Source: Candidatus Saccharimonadota bacterium (GTDB lineage Bacteria > Patescibacteriota > Gracilibacteria > Absconditabacterales > Absconditicoccaceae). Taken from it: a DNA stretch of 32,000 nt. Below the pieces are notes generated by a model, which was not told where the DNA came from, did no database searches, and worked only from the letters and a program-made list of their open reading frames with translations. Shown in pieces: positions 28,018-32,000 of the stretch (position 1 is its first letter; each line of letters opens with the position of its first letter). Made by a program: the position numbers and the translations under genes. The stretch spans positions 1 to 32,000 of the forward strand of contig OZ246420.1 of assembly GCA_965231145.1 (NCBI GenBank), given 5' to 3'.

Positions 28018-29478
28018 TTATAAGAGAGATGAGAAATATTCGTCTTTAGACTGATATTTGAGTGCTGCATTTACTGATCTTTTGAGGAGAGAGCTTAGAG
28101 CATCTTCAATCGCTTTGAGGTTTTCTGGCTTTTGTAAAATGCTCAGTTGTATCTTTTGTAGTACGACAAAGTAAATTGTGTCGTGTTCTTGGCGATCGAT
28201 GAGACAAAATGATTTAATGAGACCCCTCAAAGACACCTTGTCGATGCTATTGGCTAATGCACTAAGAAGCTGATCGTTGCTGTAGTCAACGATCTCGCTA
28301 TTGGCTGCTAGCTGCGGGCTACTAGTCTCAGATTTTGAGTCTTCAGTCAATGTTTTTTCTTTATCTACATCTGTGTTTTGTGTTTTGGATTCTGCATCCG
28401 TTGGAAGCTCTGACTTTTGAGTTTTGAATTCAGAGTTAGTTAGTGATTTTTTTTTTACCTGCTGAGAAGCAGTGTCGAATGTGCGTGGATGAAAATACTT
28501 GTAGAGCTCTGATTTGATGATGATGTAAGGCTGCGGAAACGCTTTTAAACTGATGTTGATGTTCTTTAAAATGTCAGCGAGAGAGAGCATCGTAGGCGCG
28601 TCTTCGTTCATGTGTTCCTCGATATAGAGGAGAAGCTGTTTGATGAAGTTTTGTACATCAGTTCCACCTTCCTGCAGATCGTCCACTATCTTAAACAACG
28701 TTTCTTCATCTTCTTTTTGCATCGCTTCGACGAAGTTTTTGATCAATGTTTCTGGTGCAACTCCAAGAAATTGTGAGACATGTTCTTCGGTGATATCACC
28801 AAGGATCGATACCTGATCAAGATATTTGATAGCATCGCGAGCGCATCCTTCTGCCATCTTTGCAATGGTAAGAAGCGCGTCTTTGTGAAACGAAAGTTCT
28901 TCCAGTTTGCATATATGTTCGAGGTGAGTCTTTAGTTCCTGGGTTGGTATTTTCTTAAAGTTGAAAATCTGGCAGCGAGAGATAATGGTCTCAGGCACCT
29001 TGTGTATTTCTGTCGTCGCTAAGATAAACACAAGATATACTGGTGGCTCTTCCATGATCTTGAGGAGCGCATTGAAGGCGCCTTTTGAGAGCATATGTAC
29101 TTCGTCTATAATATAGACTTTCTTACGCAGATGCGCTGGTGGATAAGGCGCCTTGTCTATGACCTCTTCTCTGATGTTATCAACGCCAGTATGCGATGCC
29201 GCATCGATTTCCACGAAATCGATAGACTTATTTTGGTTGATAACAACGCAGTTTTCGCACTCATTACAAGGGTTTCCCTCTTTGAGATTTAAGCAGTTCA
29301 GCGCCTTTGCAAAAATACGCGCTACAGAAGTCTTCCCGGTCCCGCGCGGCCCATAAAAAAGATAGTTATTGTTGCTCATACTTTCCTGTTGGATCTTCGC
29401 CTGCAGAATATCAACGATATGAGTCTGGTTTACTATCTGTCCGAAGGTTTGTGGACGGTATTTTAAATATAATGACAT
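28018..29478 (-). CDS. dnaX: DNA polymerase III subunit gamma/tau (DnaX)
   Basis: This is an uninterrupted 486-aa ORF. Motifs seen are LKYRPQTF, Walker A (GPRGTGKTS), a zinc module (CLNLKEGNPCNECENC), Walker B (IIDEVHML) and sensor 1/SRC (ISRCQIF). An A10 run lies at codons 341-344 (see findings). Confidence 0.92.
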   Translation of the reverse strand: MSLYLKYRPQTFGQIVNQTHIVDILQAKIQQESMSNNNYLFYGPRGTGKTSVARIFAKALNCLNLKEGNPCNECENCVVINQNKSIDFVEIDAASHTGVDNIREEVIDKAPYPPAHLRKKVYIIDEVHMLSKGAFNALLKIMEEPPVYLVFILATTEIHKVPETIISRCQIFNFKKIPTQELKTHLEHICKLEELSFHKDALLTIAKMAEGCARDAIKYLDQVSILGDITEEHVSQFLGVAPETLIKNFVEAMQKEDEETLFKIVDDLQEGGTDVQNFIKQLLLYIEEHMNEDAPTMLSLADILKNINISLKAFPQPYIIIKSELYKYFHPRTFDTASQQVKKKSLTNSEFKTQKSELPTDAESKTQNTDVDKEKTLTEDSKSETSSPQLAANSEIVDYSNDQLLSALANSIDKVSLRGLIKSFCLIDRQEHDTIYFVVLQKIQLSILQKPENLKAIEDALSSLLKRSVNAALKYQSKDEYFSSLL

Positions 29479-29574
29479 ATATTGATCATGAACTGATAAA
29501 GTGAGGATTCCATTTCCTATATACTATGAGAATAGGGAAAAAGCAGCGAAAGGGAAGCATAATTATTTCTTATC

Positions 29575-29602
29575 TTGCAAGCTTGAACTCCTTCCGTATC
29601 AT
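29575..29602 (+). promoter_or_regulatory. Candidate sigma70-type promoter for dedA paralog 2
   Basis: The -35 box is TTGCAA (29575-29580), followed by a 16-nt spacer and the -10 box TATCAT (29597-29602). It ends 28 nt upstream of ATG 29631. Confidence 0.35.
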
Positions 29603-29630
29603 ATAAACTCATTTATCATCCACCCATCAT

Positions 29631-30404
29631 ATGCATATTTTTGTCCGTATCATTCGTCTTATTCTTAAAATAGTTTTTTTCACGTTGTCGTTTGGACTGA
29701 TAGCGATAGCGATCTTTTATCCATCCCTTCTCAAAGAGTTTATTCAATGGTTACAGGGGGTGGTCCATCTTATCGGACGATGGAATTATCCACTGTCGTT
29801 TGGGCTTGGGTTCATCGAATCGGTACCGCTCCTTGGGATGACGGTGCCAGGGCAGAATGCCCTTTTCGTGATCGGAGGATTTGTTGCGCAACAGCACTGG
29901 GGCGTGTTGATATGTATCGTAGCGACGGCGATTATTTTGGGAGATGTTGTCGGTTATGTTTTAGGAAAATATCAGTGAGTTTGATTTATCGAAAGATATG
30001 GAAAATACTTTGGTATGGGGAAAACAGAGCTTCACTATATTTGAAGAGCGCTTGATAAGTATGGCGCGTGGGCGATCGTGCTCAGTAAATGGAATGGTTA
30101 TGCACGCGGTATTATCCCATTTATTGCAGGGACAAGCAAGATGGGGTGGGGAAGATTTATGTTATTCAATTTCATAGGCTCTGCCGTTTATGCTATCATA
30201 CTTATTACGCTTGCAAAGATATTTGTAGGATATTATGAGATCATTATCCCGTATATTCGCTGGATTATGCTGGGAATCTTGCTAATTGCAGGTTTATATA
30301 TGTGGTTTTTCAAAAGAGACTCTCTCAAAAGATATATTCGCGCGAAAGAAAAGGAGCTTGAAGAAGCGGAAAATGTGTTAACAGAAGTGGAACATAAGCT
30401 TTAA
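29631..30404 (+). CDS. DedA/SNARE-associated family membrane protein, paralog 2
   Basis: Track ORFs 29631..29978 and 30078..30404 share a frame and are joined across three TGA codons, giving 257 aa. DedA-type segments are GFIESVPLLGMTVPGQ and KWNGYARGIIPFIAGTSKM. The stop is TAA. Confidence 0.85.
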
Positions 30405-30460
30405 ATCCTCCGTCCACATTGTGGTGTGGACACCTCCTTTGCAAAAGGAGGCTTCTATAG
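30403..30460 (+). repeat. Double-hairpin intergenic repeat, copy C
   Basis: The element begins AAATCCTCC and overlaps the dedA stop. Hairpin 1 is GTCCACA ttgtgg TGTGGAC. Hairpin 2 is CCTCCTTT gca AAAGGAGG, followed by CTTCTATAG. It is the closest match to copy B, and the changes in hairpin 1 are compensatory. Confidence 0.6.
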
Positions 30461-30464
30461 TGTT

Positions 30465-30539
30465 TTAGCAGTTAGCAATTAGCATATAGCAGGTAGCAAA
30501 TAAAATGCTATTTGCCATCCGCTATAATCTATCTGCTTT
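30465..30539. repeat. Palindromic element built from 7-bp repeats (copy R2)
   Basis: The forward heptads are TTAGCAG TTAGCAA TTAGCAT ATAGCAG GTAGCAA, followed by the spacer ATAAA. The second arm, read on the opposite strand, is ATAGCAT ATGGCAA ATAGCGG ATAGATT AAAGCAG. The architecture matches 545-620. It lies immediately upstream of rsuA. Confidence 0.6.
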
Positions 30540-30552
30540 TAATTATAATAAG

Positions 30553-31269
30553 ATGATAGTAAGACTTGATAAGTATTTAGCAATGCTCGGATTGGTTTCT
30601 CGTCGCGATGCTGCAAAGGCAGTGAAGAGCGGGAGTATTTTGGTCGATGGCGAGATTGCGACGAAAAGTGATATGAAGATCGGTGAATGACAAACTATTT
30701 CTTTTTATGGTCAACAGATAGAGGTCAAAGAGCATGTGTATGTATTGCTGCACAAGCCAGCATGATATGTATGTTCAGAGCTTGATGAGGGCGGGCATCA
30801 TTCGTATAAGATGTTGCTGCAAGATTGTCCTTATGCGCCCATGCTTCACGTCGCTGGGAGATTAGACCGAGATACAGAGTGATTGGTTTTCTGCACAAAC
30901 GATGGTAATTTTACGCATGAAATTATTTCGCCAAAAAAGAAAGAAGAAAAAGAATATTATGTCGAACTTGCGTTGCCGATATCGGACGAAGATATTGCAA
31001 AGTTTGAAACATGAATACATATCAATGATGCGGAGGGTGAATTTACTTGTATGCCTGCAAAAGTAAAAAGAGTGTCTGAAAATAGTATTCTTTTGACCAT
31101 TCATGAAGGTAAGTATCATCAGGTGAAACGTATGGCGCAGGCTGTGAATAATGAGGTAATATATTTGAGGCGCGAGAGAATTGGGTCGTGGATGTTAGAG
31201 GGATTGGAGAAGTGAGAGTGGAAATATATTCAAATTCAAAAATCAGAGAGCAAAGAGCAGAATGTATAA
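30553..31269 (+). CDS. rsuA: Pseudouridine synthase of the RsuA/RluB family with an N-terminal S4 domain
   Basis: Track ORF 30505..30690 continues through 5 in-frame TGA codons to TAA 31267-31269. The start is taken at ATG 30553. Motifs seen are MIVRLDKYLAMLGLVSRRDAAKAVKSGSILVDG (S4), the catalytic GRLD-x-DTE-G-LVFCTNDG, and EGKYHQVKRM. Confidence 0.88.
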
Positions 31270-31295
31270 GGAATAATCATTGATCTATGTAAAAT

Positions 31296-31322
31296 AAAAA
31301 AGACGCCCCTCAGCGTCTTTTT
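31296..31322. terminator. Bidirectional intrinsic terminator
   Basis: The stem is AGACGC / GCGTCT with a 6-nt loop, flanked by an A-run and a T-run. It lies between the convergent stops at 31269 (+) and 31334 (-). Confidence 0.7.
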
Positions 31323-31333
31323 CTGTAGTCATG

Positions 31334-32000
31334 TTAATGTGTAAATCCACATAGCTGTCGGTATTGGCGAGCAACTGAGTGGTTGACTGCGCATGTTTCA
31401 AGCATTTGTTGTGCTGCTTGTACAGACGGGAAGTCTTTGTTGATGATCGTCCCGTTGCTACGATTGATCTTTACATAGTTGTTGTATCTTCGTATACCGT
31501 AACGCTTGCCGTTTGGCGCAACAAATACGAGGCGGTTTTGATAGTCGAGGTAGTTGAGTATTCACTGCAATGTGCGGGCGTGTCTTTCTGAGACAACATT
31601 GGTACTGTTTCCTCTGCTAAATGAGAAGATCTGATTGTTTTGCCGGATGGTATACAGCCTTCCATTGAGCGTATAGTAGGTGTCGAGATAGGTGAAGCTG
31701 TTGCTTGTCCACTGAGTTGTGTTGTTTGTTCCCTTAAATACTCTTATGACTTCCTGAGTAAGGAAGTAGAGATATGCGAACTTAGTCCTTTCTGTCGTGC
31801 TCAGTGAGCTATCACGATATCTCTGCCACATGTCTGATGAGACGTTTTGGAGTGAAGCCCTTAGTTTTACCTTTGTATTTGCTCCTTCATCGAACCACAG
31901 ATGGTAAATGAGACCGGTGAAACTTCTATTGAACTCAGCTCTTTGCTGACGACTTGGGATAAAAATGTTTCCCCAATTGTTTCTTTGTTCGTCTAAAAAT
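31334..32000 (-). CDS. Hypothetical protein, partial (the 5' end lies beyond the window)
   Basis: Track ORF 31562..31831 ends at a TGA. I read it by hand through to TAA 31334-31336. The frame stays open upstream to the window edge, with no TAA/TAG over 222 codons. It contains two CGA codons. I recognise no family. Confidence 0.5.

Overview
This is an AT-rich, gene-dense chromosomal window. The supplied standard-code ORF track is fragmented throughout. Long conserved genes (RND pump, PBP1A, DEAD-box helicase, TilS, PilT, photolyase, Kv channel, RsmI, RsuA, DedA) are each broken only at TGA and always stay in one frame. Those TGA codons fall on conserved Gly positions, so the window should be read with UGA=Gly (translation table 25, Gracilibacteria/Absconditabacteria-type candidate phyla radiation (CPR) bacteria). 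All gene ends I call are TAA or TAG.

A second recoding layer is visible. CGA and CGG codons sit at invariant Trp positions: four in photolyase, one in the FemAB N-terminal motif, the WCxxC Trp of a thioredoxin-like protein, and the GNAxxW Trp of a CHAP domain. Conserved Arg positions instead use AGA/AGG/CGT/CGC. This points to CGA/CGG Arg->Trp reassignment, which to my recollection has been reported for a clade of Absconditabacterales.

After re-calling I find about 31 CDS:
- a minus-strand run of tilS, a membrane protein, pilT, two small proteins, two tandem T4SS-pilin-like genes and a membrane-anchored Trx-like protein
- YceD-like, a 6TM Kv-type K+ channel and an AbrB-like regulator
- a membrane fusion protein (MFP, the periplasmic adaptor) plus RND efflux pair
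- a glycosyltransferase followed by photolyase
- rsmI, two DedA paralogs and a DEAD-box helicase with an RG-rich tail
- a CofE-like protein next to a FemAB-like protein, a His/Cys-rich small protein and def
- a LysM-CHAP hydrolase, PBP1A, dnaX, rsuA and several hypotheticals

There are also tRNA-Cys(GCA), tRNA-Ser(UGA) and several convincing intrinsic terminators. I saw no rRNA, CRISPR array, transposase/integrase or phage genes.

The items most worth follow-up are:
- the dual recoding
- a glycosyltransferase whose GT-B domains are in swapped order
- an A10 slippery run in dnaX at the tau/gamma boundary
- a three-copy double-hairpin repeat with an anti-SD/SD stem and compensatory changes
- two ~75-bp palindromes built from 7-bp TTAGCAN repeats
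- a strongly structured ~460-nt non-coding stretch at the left end

No search tools were available, so all family assignments rest on motifs I recognise by eye.
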